Shown here: piece by piece, positions 11,195-22,187 of the stretch
How positions within the stretch are numbered: the first letter of the stretch is position 1
Layout: every line of letters begins with the position of its first letter
DNA from: Naegleria gruberi
Lineage: Eukaryota
Strand: one strand, 5' to 3'
NCBI GenBank assembly: GCA_000004985.1
Contig: GG738918.1
DNA length: 64,000 nucleotides
Notes under the pieces: generated by a model
What the model was told of the DNA's origin: nothing
Databases searched by the model: none
What the model saw: the letters and a program-made list of their open reading frames with translations, nothing else
Position numbers and translations under genes: made by a program

Positions 11195-14100
11195 ATGTTT
11201 GAAAGTGTTGTTGCCAAAGTATTGACAGCAACTCTTGGTGATTACATTGAAAATTTAGATAAACAATCATTGTCGGTTGGTGTGTGGAATGGTAAATTTA
11301 AACTGACAGATTTGATTGTTAAAAGATCGGCACTTGATTTGTTGGATTTACCTTTTTCTGTTGTGAATGGAACTGTTGGTTTGATTGAAGCTGATATACC
11401 ATGGAAGAGTATTTCAACTTCATCAATTAAAGTTCGATTGAGTGATATCATGTTGGTGGTTCAACCGAGGAGGTGTGAAAAAATTGATGAGACAAGTGAA
11501 AGGAAGAGACAACGAATGGTGAAACAGAGAAAGTTAACACAATATGAATTGAGAAGAAAATCAGAGAATGAAGTTTCGAATGCTGCAAGCCAAGCAACAA
11601 CAACAAATCAAACAGAAGAAACCAATGAAAAGAATGAAAAGAACGAAAAGAAACAAGAAGGATTTGTGTCAAGGTTGACTGAAACCATTATTAATAATCT
11701 TCAGATTGAGATTAATAATATTCACGTTAGATATGAAGATGATTCTGATGAAAGATTCAAAGTGGTTATGGGAGCAACACTTGAATCTCTTTCCATGTCA
11801 AGTTGTGATGTCAATTGGCAGGAATCTTTCTTGGCCACAACAGCAAAAACCTTTTTTAAAAAGCTTACATTGAGAAACTTATCAGTTTACATGAATAATA
11901 ATGAAACTGAATTGTTTTCATTGATGAAGAATGATTTGGATAATAGAAAATTCATTGAACACATGAGAAATATCATTGTGGAGAAGAAGAATTATAGGAG
12001 ATTTGTTTTGAGTCCAGTGAATGGAGAGTTATTGTTATGTATGCAGAAGGATGAAGCTTTGGATTTAGAAAGGCCAAGAATTAGTGCCGAGTTGAGGTTA
12101 GAATCGGTGAATGCAACACTGGACGAAAGGCAGTACAGAAATATTCAGTCAACTCTGGATTATATTACTCAGTTTATGGAAAAACCATTCGATAGACCAA
12201 TGTTTAATTCTCAAAACGAATGTCAACAATATTTATCTCAATCAACGGATGAGAAAGTTACCCAATTCAAAAATTACATGCTCATGTTCAAGAGGAGTAA
12301 GAAAGTGGCCTGGCTACAACCATTAACAAAAGATGAAGCTGAAAAATTATTGGAATTGGAAGATTTCATCCATGTTGATGACATTATGAAACTGAGAGAG
12401 GCAGCTTATCTTGAAATTCAAATTGAGGAACAAAAGTACAAACAAAAGAAGAAGGAATCAAGCTATTGGTCCAAGTGGTTCGGTTCAATTGATAAGACTA
12501 TTGAAGTTACCGAAGAGGATCGAGTGGAATTTTCCAAGCTATTTGGATTGGAAGAAGATAAGGGGCCATCTTTTATTCTTCCTCCACATTTTGTGAATTT
12601 TGCTCTTAAAGTTAAGATTAACACTATTGGAGTCAAGCTAAGGAATGCATCAACCAGAACTGCAGCACCTGATTCGGTTGCAGTATTTGAATTGACTCAA
12701 TTATTGGTCGATTTCAAGTTAAGAGTGGAGGGTTTTAATGTAGAGGTGAGTCTTGGAGGTGTATCCGGAGTTGACAATTTCTCTACAAGAAACGAACAGA
12801 GCATTTCAGAATATTACAACTTTGTCAAAACCAATTCTGTTGGAAATTTTGTCGAGTTTAAAATGGACTCTAATCCTATGAACGGAGTGGAGCAGATGGA
12901 TTGCAAGGTTGGCAATTTGAATGTGGTGTTGAATCTTTCTCTCATTCAAAAGATGTTGTCTATTTTCATTCTACCAAAATATTTACAAAGAAGTCAATTT
13001 ACAGCACCTTCATTACCAGATACTTTGAAAATTACAAAAAAGATACTCAATGCTGAGCTAGATAGTATTAGTGTAATCATTCCTGATACTCTTTCAGGTA
13101 AAGAATACTTTCAAGCTCATTTAGGACATTCTAAATTGACCAAAATTAATGAAAAGATTGATATTTCATTGACACCTATCAAATTGTTACACATTGGAGA
13201 AGCAGAGGATTTCACCATTATTCAGCCAACTGATTTCTCAATTTCTATGGTACAGACAATTGATCAAAATTTAATAGATGTCAAGTCCACTCCATTAATG
13301 GTTGATGTTAATCCTCAAGTGGTGACTCAATTGGTTCGGTTAGGAGATACTGTTTCTCATTTCACCAACAATCCATTCGGTTCTTCAAAGGAGAGTATTC
13401 TCATTGTAAATAATGTGCAAATGAAATTACCAAAACAAGAGGAACTTTCGTCAGCTCATATCCAATTACATGACGATGGTAGATTGTTAGTTTTCAAGGA
13501 AGAATCCAGTTTAGCTCCTTCACACAATATCTATTTCAACACTGTCCAATTCCATACGGAAACTAATAGTTTCAAAGTTGTGGATTTTGAATTTGTGCTT
13601 TCAAATGCAAAAACATTTGAAGAATGGAAGAAAAACTTGGAATCTCTATTGAACAAGAGCATTTCTAAAGCCCCACTTCCACCTGCCATAGAAACAATTG
13701 TAAATTTCAGTCTGGATAGTATCGTACTGAGAGCTCTGAATGATTCTTCATCGAGTGAAGTTGTTGCCATGGCACAAGCTAATGGGCTTCACACAAATGT
13801 ACTCGCGAGACCAAATGATAACCAGGTCAAGGTAACACTCCGAGAAATCACACTCCACGATGGAAATCAAAGAAAAATATTCTTCTCAGATCACAGTACG
13901 AATATTATTGAGATTAGTATTATTCTGTGCTCAAATAAGGAATCTGAATTTGCAAGCCAACATTCTTCTAAAATGTTCCTGAATATCAAGCTTTCAGATA
14001 TGAATTTGATTTTCAATACTGGAATTATCACAAAATTATTCCTATTTTCAAAGAAGATTAATTTTGAAAAGGAAAGTCCTATTGTAATGATTACAGAAGA

Positions 14101-17100
14101 TGATTCAGAGGATATTTTCAAACATGAAATGAAATTACAAGGAGAAATTTCTAAAATCCTTGTCGATTTGGAAAGAGAAGATAGTTCCAAGTTGGCCAAT
14201 TTCTCGCTTTCCAGTTTGAATGTAAATCTTTATATGGGAAAGAATAGTTTATCGTGTGAAGGAGATATTGGTACTGCCTATCTTTCACAACCTAATTCTA
14301 CATCTACTTATCCATATATTCTTTCTCCAAAATATTTGGGCGATCGCTCACTTATTAGATTTGCATACAGTCAAACAGATGATGAGCCAGTAATGAATAT
14401 AGAAAATTCAACCCGTGTTGTAAGAGGTTTCACCGAAAAGAAATCACTAAAGCTTGCAATGGCTTCAATTCAATTCATATTCATCAGCCAATTTATTGAG
14501 GACATTCAGAGTTATTTCCAAGATGGTCCACTATGGGAAGCTTTGGAAAATGGTGGAAAAATGATTAGTGACTATTCAAAAGAATTGATTTCTCAACAGG
14601 ATAAGAAATTGGAAATTATTTCTATGGACATTAAGGTGGAAGATCCAGTTGTTATTGCTCCAATACAAGACAATACTTTCACAGTTCACTTGGGAAATAT
14701 CAGATTAACCAATAAGGGAGACTGGGTTGAGAATGGAATTCCATGTGATAGCTATTCAATGATTTTCAATAGGATGAATTTACAAACTAAAATTAATGGA
14801 ATTGAAAAGACAGTGACTTCTCCATTCAATGTTGCTCTTGGATTGAAAAGAGTTCTCAAGAAGGATCACTTTCCAAGCATGTATTTGGATATTGAAATTG
14901 TACCAAAGGTTTTATTCACTTTGGAACATGCTCAGTATTTACTCTTGTTTCAACTTATTGATTCTTTCAATAAGAAACCAAGCGAAAGTAACGAAAAGAA
15001 ACAAGCAGAAGATTTGGAAAAGAAGGATAGTCTAACACTAATTGCTTTTATTAGAATCAAGTCCTTTGAGTTGGATGTAAAATCAGTAGCTGAGAATACT
15101 GATCTGGCCAAGTTGGAAGTTGAAGATTTCCAAATGAGATATTTCAAAGAACAATCTGGAGACAATATGCAATTCCTTGTCAAATCAATAATTGGAACTG
15201 ATCTAAGAGCTGAAAAGAATGAATATTTCACACAATTTATCACCACTCATTCCAAAACTACCAAGTGCTTGTCAGGTTCAATGATTACAAGAGGAAAGAA
15301 GAATGAAATTTCCCTCCAGATCAATAATCCAATTGTTACAATTATTCCTCAAGTATTTAAGGAGCTGCAAGAGTTCTTCTCCACAATGAAACTTGCTACA
15401 GAACCTCAAGAGGAAAAGAAACCAGAAAAGGAAATTAAGGAAGATGATTTAATGATATCTGTCAAATGTAACGATATTCGTGTAGCTCTTCCTGCCAATA
15501 ATTTCAATCAATTAGCATTCGTAATGAGATGCAAACAATTCTCAATGGAAGATATTCACAATTTCAATATTCATGATTTGGATCTTTCATTCCAAAAGAA
15601 TAGAAACAAATATGATGAGTACACCAACTATATTCTTCATCCAATTAGTTTGAATGTGAGCTATACGGATACTTTAATTATTCAGACAACTAGGGCAATT
15701 AATATTCGTATTTCAACAAGTATTATTCACCAAATTAGACAAGTTATGGACATGTTTACTTCTGAACTTTCCAAAATCAAAAAGACAACTGAAACCAAAT
15801 TGCCACCTTATCAAATTAACAACTTGCCTAATAATAAGGTAGATCTTTCGTATTTCGCTAACTTTTTTGCAAGTTTCAACCAAGAAACCAGATCTGAAAC
15901 CTTTAAATTTGAAGCATATCTAGTGTCAGGAATTTCCATTCTACTTGTCACTGATCGAAATGAAATTGACTTGCCAGCTCTACAACTCGATATTGAACAA
16001 GCGATCATTTCTGATTTCATTAGAATATCCAACATTCAACTATTGTGCTTCAATTTAAACTATGGAGTTTGGGAATCACTTGTGGAACCATTCACAGTTT
16101 CTGGATCTAGAAAAGGAAGCAATTACATTCTTGATATTCCAAAATGTTTATTGAATTTCAATAAGAATACATTCGAAATATTCAAATCTATAATGGAAAG
16201 TAAGGAAAGAAGTGTCATTACGAGAACTTTCTATCCAACAATTGTCAGAAACATGCATCCAACACCAATTACTATTAATGATCAATTACTGGAAGATGGT
16301 CAGGAATATATTGTGCAGGGAGAAGTTTCTTCTATTAGTTTCATTATTAATAATCAAACTTTCGTATTCTCCTTAAAGAAGAAACCAGGAACACATATTC
16401 TATCCTCTGAATGTTTACTCACTGTGGAAATTGTTGATGGAACAAGTTATTTTACCATTCATTCTTTGTATTCCATTGAGAATCAAACAGATGTCACCTT
16501 TGAAGTGTTGTACAATTCGAAACGATGTGGAAAACTTTCACCTAATCAAGTGAAATATCTTCCAAATGCTCCATTTGACAAGACCAATTTGAAAATTAGA
16601 CCATCCTATAGTGACGAGTACATGAGTCCAACATTCGAAGATCAAAATTCATCTCAATTCATCTTTATGAATAAGACTTCCAGTTTCTATTGTGAGTACG
16701 TGGAAGATATTGGACGAAACATGAAAAATTTCACAATTTCTCCACCTCTCAAACTAGAAAATAGAACTCCTATTGAATTGGACATGGAAATTAATGGAAA
16801 GAAATTTTCCTTACAAAAAGAATCCTCACTCTATTACTACTATGCCAATAAGGATTTCTCTGTGAACATTCTGACGAATAATCCTTCATTTAGTGATCAA
16901 TCATTCAGTGCCACAACCAGCAAAACCATGCAAATTTGTACGAATGGTAAAACTATTCCTCAAAAGCAAGAACCTAAAAAATCAAAATCATTTGCTGAGA
17001 TTGTCATTCGTGCACCTTTTTGGATTTTCAATGATTTGGAATTACCTATCAATATTAATGGAATTAATATTCTACCATTCAATTATACTACTATGAACAT

Positions 17101-19360
17101 CAATAATTTGACCATTTGTAGAGATGATAAAAACAAATTTACACCTAATTTGGATAAAATTCCACATGATACCATGGATTTGTGGAAATTAGGAGATAAA
17201 AGAATGGTTTACTATTTGAGAGAAACTGATGAGAGTAAATACATGTACCTCAGAGAAAGATATTACATTAGAAACAATACCAAATTTGATTTAAACATTA
17301 CTTTCGAGAAGAATTCATTCTCAGTCGCTGCAGGAAAGACACAACCTTATTCACATTACAATGATTCACTTCCTAAAATGAAAATCACTTTGGGAGAAGA
17401 GGAAAATATTGTGGAAACTAAATGTCAACAGGAATTGTCACTCAAATTTGGAAAATTCCTAAATGCCAAGCTTTTACTTAAGGAACAGGAAGGTTCAATG
17501 TTTGTGGTGATTAATGAAATACTATTGCCTGAATTTTACGTGGTCAACTCTACAGATTTGGAAATTGTAATTGATAAGGAAGGATTAGCTCCAAAAAATA
17601 TCAAACCCTATCTCAACATGCCCCAATCTGTTATAATTGACACCATTTCAGAGATTATCACCCTTAATAAGATTACAATGAATAAGGAAACAATGAAAAA
17701 GGTTGGAGATGAAGAAATTTATTACACACTCATTCCATATCAACAAGTAATCATTCTCCACATTCACAAAAAGAAAAAGACTGAGGAGAAGGATTATGAA
17801 CTGGCAGTAGATGTTACTTTCTATTCTATTGGAATTTCGATTATTGGTGAAAGTCAGGAATTGGCTTTTATTCATTTTGATCAATTATTTACTAAATTTG
17901 GAATGCTCAATACTCAATTTTGCGTTTATACTAAATTGCGTGGACTCCAAGTTGACGATCACAATGAACAAGAGGTCAACCCAGTTCAATTTGTGAATAT
18001 CAATTCTTCAGAGCAGAGTTTCATTGAATTTACAATAGAAAAGAATGGAAACTATTTTGAAACTGTTTCAGTAACTATCAGAGAAATGTTATTTAGCTCT
18101 AACAATATTTTCATTCAAAAGATGAGTGACGTATTCGCAAGTGCCATGAAACAAATGAAAGCAGTCCAAGAAACAAAACTAAATCAATTCTTGCAATATT
18201 TTGAAGTAGAGGAAAGTGAGAAAATGTTCTTTGGAAAGTTTGAACTCAATCCATTGAAAGTCGATGCTTCTTTCAAGGTGAAACCTTCCAATGATTTGAA
18301 ATACGATTTGGTTTATATTCTTTCCTCTTATGGAACTAAATTTACACACATTGAAAATGCCATAATTAGAATTTACGATTTCAAACTTCCTCAATCCTCA
18401 TTCGTTACCATGCAAGATGTTATGGAAAGAGTTGGAAAACACTACAAACGTCAAATCAAGTACAATTTATTGTCAATTATTGGATCGTTGAATACTTTTG
18501 GAAGTCCTATTCAATTATTTGGTGATTTGGCTTCAGGAGTTACTTCTCTATTTTATGAACCTGCAAATGCCATCACTGAAGGCCCACATATGTTCTTATT
18601 GGGTGTTGGTAAGGGATCTGTTGGATTTATTTCAAATTCTGTCAAGGGAGTAACTGGTTTCACATCAACAATTACAGGAACAGTTGGAAATACGCTTTCA
18701 ATCTTTACACTTGACAGAGATTTCGTCGAGAAGAGAGACAGGATTATGGAAAGGAAACCTGCCAATATTTTCCAAGGTATTGGACAAGGTATGCAAGTTC
18801 TCTTCACAGGACTCATTGATGGAGGTGTTGGAATTATTGCTCAACCAATTAAGGGAGCTAGAAAAGAGGGAGCTTTGGGATTGGCTAAAGGAGTTGTTCT
18901 TGGAATTGTTGGAATTCCTACAAAGCCAGTAGTTGGTATGATTGATTTTAGTATCAAGCAAATGCAAGGTATTCGAAACTTTAATCAATCATCACTTCAC
19001 AAAATTAGAGAAAATCCAAGAATGTTATTTAACGGAGTGATTAAACCATACAAGGAAAATATGGAATTGTTTTTGAGATTAATCCACAAATCCCAACAAT
19101 CAATAGAGTTTAATATTTTAATTCCTTTAGGAAAGACCTTGGCAATCACCAACAGACATTTGCTCATTCCACAATCAACCAACTCTAATGCACTTCAGGT
19201 TGTTGAATTGAATCAAGTGGAAGCTATTGAACAAGTAGATGATGATAATGTCAAGATTAGAGTGGCAAATCAAACAAGTTATTGTGTTTATTTGAATGTG
19301 GAGGCAGCTACTGTTCGTGCCTTGGTTGATAAGATGTTACGTGAGTTGAGTACTAATTAA
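11195..19360 (+). CDS. VPS13: VPS13-family bridge-like lipid transfer protein (chorein N-domain to VPS13/ATG2-type C-terminus), single exon
   Basis: The N-terminus MFESVVAKVLTATLGDYIENLDKQSLSVGVWNGKFKLTDLIVKRSALDLLDLPF matches the chorein-N motif of VPS13. The C-terminal region DLASGVTSLFYEPANAITEGP...GVGKGSVGFISNSVKGVTGF matches the VPS13 C-terminal (ATG_C-like) segment. It is a ~2720 aa uninterrupted ORF. The ATG at 11195 is chosen over the track start at 11147. Confidence 0.85.
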   Translation: MFESVVAKVLTATLGDYIENLDKQSLSVGVWNGKFKLTDLIVKRSALDLLDLPFSVVNGTVGLIEADIPWKSISTSSIKVRLSDIMLVVQPRRCEKIDETSERKRQRMVKQRKLTQYELRRKSENEVSNAASQATTTNQTEETNEKNEKNEKKQEGFVSRLTETIINNLQIEINNIHVRYEDDSDERFKVVMGATLESLSMSSCDVNWQESFLATTAKTFFKKLTLRNLSVYMNNNETELFSLMKNDLDNRKFIEHMRNIIVEKKNYRRFVLSPVNGELLLCMQKDEALDLERPRISAELRLESVNATLDERQYRNIQSTLDYITQFMEKPFDRPMFNSQNECQQYLSQSTDEKVTQFKNYMLMFKRSKKVAWLQPLTKDEAEKLLELEDFIHVDDIMKLREAAYLEIQIEEQKYKQKKKESSYWSKWFGSIDKTIEVTEEDRVEFSKLFGLEEDKGPSFILPPHFVNFALKVKINTIGVKLRNASTRTAAPDSVAVFELTQLLVDFKLRVEGFNVEVSLGGVSGVDNFSTRNEQSISEYYNFVKTNSVGNFVEFKMDSNPMNGVEQMDCKVGNLNVVLNLSLIQKMLSIFILPKYLQRSQFTAPSLPDTLKITKKILNAELDSISVIIPDTLSGKEYFQAHLGHSKLTKINEKIDISLTPIKLLHIGEAEDFTIIQPTDFSISMVQTIDQNLIDVKSTPLMVDVNPQVVTQLVRLGDTVSHFTNNPFGSSKESILIVNNVQMKLPKQEELSSAHIQLHDDGRLLVFKEESSLAPSHNIYFNTVQFHTETNSFKVVDFEFVLSNAKTFEEWKKNLESLLNKSISKAPLPPAIETIVNFSLDSIVLRALNDSSSSEVVAMAQANGLHTNVLARPNDNQVKVTLREITLHDGNQRKIFFSDHSTNIIEISIILCSNKESEFASQHSSKMFLNIKLSDMNLIFNTGIITKLFLFSKKINFEKESPIVMITEDDSEDIFKHEMKLQGEISKILVDLEREDSSKLANFSLSSLNVNLYMGKNSLSCEGDIGTAYLSQPNSTSTYPYILSPKYLGDRSLIRFAYSQTDDEPVMNIENSTRVVRGFTEKKSLKLAMASIQFIFISQFIEDIQSYFQDGPLWEALENGGKMISDYSKELISQQDKKLEIISMDIKVEDPVVIAPIQDNTFTVHLGNIRLTNKGDWVENGIPCDSYSMIFNRMNLQTKINGIEKTVTSPFNVALGLKRVLKKDHFPSMYLDIEIVPKVLFTLEHAQYLLLFQLIDSFNKKPSESNEKKQAEDLEKKDSLTLIAFIRIKSFELDVKSVAENTDLAKLEVEDFQMRYFKEQSGDNMQFLVKSIIGTDLRAEKNEYFTQFITTHSKTTKCLSGSMITRGKKNEISLQINNPIVTIIPQVFKELQEFFSTMKLATEPQEEKKPEKEIKEDDLMISVKCNDIRVALPANNFNQLAFVMRCKQFSMEDIHNFNIHDLDLSFQKNRNKYDEYTNYILHPISLNVSYTDTLIIQTTRAINIRISTSIIHQIRQVMDMFTSELSKIKKTTETKLPPYQINNLPNNKVDLSYFANFFASFNQETRSETFKFEAYLVSGISILLVTDRNEIDLPALQLDIEQAIISDFIRISNIQLLCFNLNYGVWESLVEPFTVSGSRKGSNYILDIPKCLLNFNKNTFEIFKSIMESKERSVITRTFYPTIVRNMHPTPITINDQLLEDGQEYIVQGEVSSISFIINNQTFVFSLKKKPGTHILSSECLLTVEIVDGTSYFTIHSLYSIENQTDVTFEVLYNSKRCGKLSPNQVKYLPNAPFDKTNLKIRPSYSDEYMSPTFEDQNSSQFIFMNKTSSFYCEYVEDIGRNMKNFTISPPLKLENRTPIELDMEINGKKFSLQKESSLYYYYANKDFSVNILTNNPSFSDQSFSATTSKTMQICTNGKTIPQKQEPKKSKSFAEIVIRAPFWIFNDLELPININGINILPFNYTTMNINNLTICRDDKNKFTPNLDKIPHDTMDLWKLGDKRMVYYLRETDESKYMYLRERYYIRNNTKFDLNITFEKNSFSVAAGKTQPYSHYNDSLPKMKITLGEEENIVETKCQQELSLKFGKFLNAKLLLKEQEGSMFVVINEILLPEFYVVNSTDLEIVIDKEGLAPKNIKPYLNMPQSVIIDTISEIITLNKITMNKETMKKVGDEEIYYTLIPYQQVIILHIHKKKKTEEKDYELAVDVTFYSIGISIIGESQELAFIHFDQLFTKFGMLNTQFCVYTKLRGLQVDDHNEQEVNPVQFVNINSSEQSFIEFTIEKNGNYFETVSVTIREMLFSSNNIFIQKMSDVFASAMKQMKAVQETKLNQFLQYFEVEESEKMFFGKFELNPLKVDASFKVKPSNDLKYDLVYILSSYGTKFTHIENAIIRIYDFKLPQSSFVTMQDVMERVGKHYKRQIKYNLLSIIGSLNTFGSPIQLFGDLASGVTSLFYEPANAITEGPHMFLLGVGKGSVGFISNSVKGVTGFTSTITGTVGNTLSIFTLDRDFVEKRDRIMERKPANIFQGIGQGMQVLFTGLIDGGVGIIAQPIKGARKEGALGLAKGVVLGIVGIPTKPVVGMIDFSIKQMQGIRNFNQSSLHKIRENPRMLFNGVIKPYKENMELFLRLIHKSQQSIEFNILIPLGKTLAITNRHLLIPQSTNSNALQVVELNQVEAIEQVDDDNVKIRVANQTSYCVYLNVEAATVRALVDKMLRELSTN

Positions 19361-19674
19361 TGTTATAAATTGTAAGGATTAACAGGTTGAGTGGTATCCT
19401 CATCCATTCCAACTGCTGATCGAGTTTTCCTCTCCAAATCCTCTTCTCTTGTTGTTCTTGCTCTCGTTCCAACTGCAAACTCTTCTTCCAGTTCGTGTTG
19501 CATAGACTCGAGATTGGTTTCTTCAGATATTGAAGGAGGTGTTTGTGGCTTTTCCAAAGTCGTTTCCTTATGCTGATGCTGTTTGTTGGATATGTTTGAA
19601 ATGTTGGATACGTTCGACATTTTTCTTTGTAGATTTGATTAATAATTATTAATAATTTTTTGGGAATTTTCCAT

Positions 19675-21060
19675 TTAGAGTTTTGACAAATAAAGTTGAT
19701 TGTGTTCTCCAAGTAATGGTCCAAATTCATTCATAGGTTGTAACTCCTCTGATTGATTTCCACTGACAGTCAGTTGAATTGATTTGTAATCGAGTGCATT
19801 CTTCACCAAATTGCTGGAAGTCAACATGTTTCGTTGTTGTAATAATTCTCTATCGACCTCTTTCAATTTTCTCACTTTTGTAATTGGCAATTTCAAATCA
19901 AAAGCAAAAATCTTCTCCCACTCCTCGGCGCTCTTTTGCTCGAGCACTTTAACAATTCTCTGTTTCAATTTCGAATCATTGGAAAAGAGAAATTCAACAG
20001 TTGTAAATTGTTTCCATGAATCTTTTGGATTTTCCTTATCGTGAACACTCAAAGCTTGAATAAATCCACTCCAAAAATGTGGTTCCAAACATCCAACAGC
20101 TAATTGTCCAGATTTTGTTGGATAGATATTATATCCAAGAATGGATCCACTTAAAACACTTCGTCCTTCACTTGCCATCTTGTCAAAACCATTCAATGTC
20201 AAGGAAAGTGGCATTTGAATTGCAGAAATGGCATTATCAAACATGGAAATATCAATAACTCGATTCATTCCTCTCAAGATTCGTTCTCTTTCTTCTGTAG
20301 ATTTTACAGAATAATTTAAAGCTTCAATTTTTCTAACCATGGCCACAACTTGCAAAGCAGAGCTGTAACCTGTCAATACATCAGACAATTGAATAGGCAG
20401 TGGTTTCAATTGCTTGTTCTTTTCACTCACATCTCCAGCAACATCAAATACACCAGCAGATCCAACAGCATTCATATCATGAGCTGGAATATCCGAATAC
20501 TTTCCAATATCTTGTCCGAAAGCAGAAATCCTACAAATTATCAATTGCAAATTCTCCTCCAACAATTCCTCAATCTTTCCAACACCCAATAAGCTTTCCA
20601 ACTTTCCAGGTCTTGAACTATCAATCAAAACCTTCACAGCCTTTCTCCTCTGATCGCCATCATCATTATCATTGGAATAACAACAAATTAATCGTTTCAA
20701 CTCTTCTACGTGTTGCTTCTTTTTAAAATTCAACGAAATGGCCTGTTTTCCTCTATTAAAACAATGATAAATTAATCCCGATGATGATGATTTCCCAATT
20801 TCATCATTATTTAAATTATTATTTAAATTATTATTTAAATTATGACGATCGGAAGAAGAAGAAGGCTTCTTATTGGAAATTTCAGCCTTCTTCTTCATCA
20901 TCATTGTATTAGTAGTAATAGTTGTAGAATTATTAATTAGTGGAGGATAATATCTTGTTGGATCACCACCATTGGATTCATCTTCAATTTTAATGACAAG
21001 TGCTCCGAGATCGGACAAGAGTTGGCCATAGAGGACCAGGATAGAGGCGAGAAAGATCAA
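19675..21060 (-). CDS. CoA-transferase family III (CaiB/BaiF, alpha-methylacyl-CoA racemase-like) protein with a low-complexity Asn-rich insertion
   Basis: The N-terminus LSDLGALVIKIEDESNGGDPTRYYPP matches the family III motif (LADLGAEVIKIE..GD.TR). Other matching segments are LIDSSRPGKLESLG, ICRISAFGQDIGKY and DVLTGYSSALQVVAMV. An NNLNNNLNNNLNN insert is encoded by a 12-bp repeat. Confidence 0.75.
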   Translation of the reverse strand: MIFLASILVLYGQLLSDLGALVIKIEDESNGGDPTRYYPPLINNSTTITTNTMMMKKKAEISNKKPSSSSDRHNLNNNLNNNLNNDEIGKSSSSGLIYHCFNRGKQAISLNFKKKQHVEELKRLICCYSNDNDDGDQRRKAVKVLIDSSRPGKLESLLGVGKIEELLEENLQLIICRISAFGQDIGKYSDIPAHDMNAVGSAGVFDVAGDVSEKNKQLKPLPIQLSDVLTGYSSALQVVAMVRKIEALNYSVKSTEERERILRGMNRVIDISMFDNAISAIQMPLSLTLNGFDKMASEGRSVLSGSILGYNIYPTKSGQLAVGCLEPHFWSGFIQALSVHDKENPKDSWKQFTTVEFLFSNDSKLKQRIVKVLEQKSAEEWEKIFAFDLKLPITKVRKLKEVDRELLQQRNMLTSSNLVKNALDYKSIQLTVSGNQSEELQPMNEFGPLLGEHNQLYLSKL

Positions 21061-21164
21061 AAACTTGAATATTGGAGAGCATTTAATGTTGTGATATTTT
21101 TTTTTAATATTAAATAGTGTATTGTAAAGTATTTAATCTTTACAAAGATCAATTTTTCTTTTCT

Positions 21165-22187
21165 CTAAAGTTGAGACACTTCCAAATCATAGGTATCAGT
21201 AGATTTCAATAACAGGAATGAAATACAGAAACAACAGTTATAATTTGGTCTCACCCGATAGGTATTTCCTGTTTTTTTCAGTTTCACCAATTTGTTTCTT
21301 ACAATCCACTCAGAAACATCTCTATTACAACATAATAAACTGAAAAGCAAACCAATAAACACTGCATCAATCAAGAAGAGGAACAATAACACTAAACCAC
21401 TTGGTAATAATCCTATGAATAGTGGATAATCAATTTCTGGTTTGTAAAGATAGAGTTGATAAATTTCAACTCCACTCTTAGAGCTATATGATGTCATTTT
21501 ACATTTGAGAGCTCCATCTTGATTTTTTTCCTTAATACATTCAGGGACATTGCATTCATATGAAAATACAGTGGGATATTGTATTTTGCTTTCTCTAAGT
21601 TTAACATAATAGAAATATTTCAGTCTTGTTGGGATACTATCAAACATACATCCAATACTTGTTGAGCTATTATTCGGTTGACAACATGGAAGAGTATTAA
21701 AATTATTACAACTCGAATTCCAATTAGTGTTGCATTCCACACATTCTGGATACGAAACCCTTCCAATAGTACTGTTCAAAACTTGAACAGAAGAAACAAT
21801 CCTCTCACAATCATTGAACGAACTCTCTACATGACTCGCAGAACCTAAAGCCAAGCCAAGACCTCCAACCAATAACAACATCCCCAGAATCACAACAAAT
21901 AGTAAACAAGCTGTATAAAAACAGTTGCACTCAGTAGCATATCTCATACTGTTGACAAGTCTGTCCGTGTTTTGTTCCTCGCGGTTTCGTTTGATTTCAA
22001 CTTTTTCTTCATATTCAATCCTTTTCTGATTCCAAAATTTTGGCTTTTCCGTCTCAAAAATTGAATAACATTGCCTATTGATATGTGAAAATGATGAATA
22101 ACTACTCGGAGTAATAAATTCAAGAATAATTGTCAGCTCATCATCATTTAATTTGTGAAAATTTCCCTTCACTTGCTTTCTTGTCAT
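21165..22187 (-). CDS. F-box-like N-terminus + TM + Cys-rich ectodomain + C-terminal TM protein (paralog 1 of inverted pair)
   Basis: 340 aa. It contains ELTIILEFITPSSYSSFSHINRQCYSIFE (F-box-like), a hydrophobic helix LLFVVILGMLLLVGGLGLAL, many Cys (CVECNTNWNSSCNNFNTLPCCQPNNSS) and a C-terminal TM. Confidence 0.6.
   Translation of the reverse strand: MTRKQVKGNFHKLNDDELTIILEFITPSSYSSFSHINRQCYSIFETEKPKFWNQKRIEYEEKVEIKRNREEQNTDRLVNSMRYATECNCFYTACLLFVVILGMLLLVGGLGLALGSASHVESSFNDCERIVSSVQVLNSTIGRVSYPECVECNTNWNSSCNNFNTLPCCQPNNSSTSIGCMFDSIPTRLKYFYYVKLRESKIQYPTVFSYECNVPECIKEKNQDGALKCKMTSYSSKSGVEIYQLYLYKPEIDYPLFIGLLPSGLVLLFLFLIDAVFIGLLFSLLCCNRDVSEWIVRNKLVKLKKTGNTYRVRPNYNCCFCISFLLLKSTDTYDLEVSQL

Noticed and set aside
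11242-19182. Many 60-100 aa ORFs on the minus strand inside the VPS13 locus, and small + strand ORFs in alternative frames
   Set aside because: They fall entirely within the long, clearly homologous VPS13 reading frame. They are low-complexity and are the chance antisense or off-frame ORFs expected in AT-rich coding DNA.
19353-19730. ORFs 19353..19730 and 19363..19620 (minus) between VPS13 and the CoA-transferase gene
   Set aside because: They overlap the VPS13 stop and the CoA-transferase 3' end, have no recognisable features, and are most likely 3' UTR. A small real gene cannot be fully excluded.
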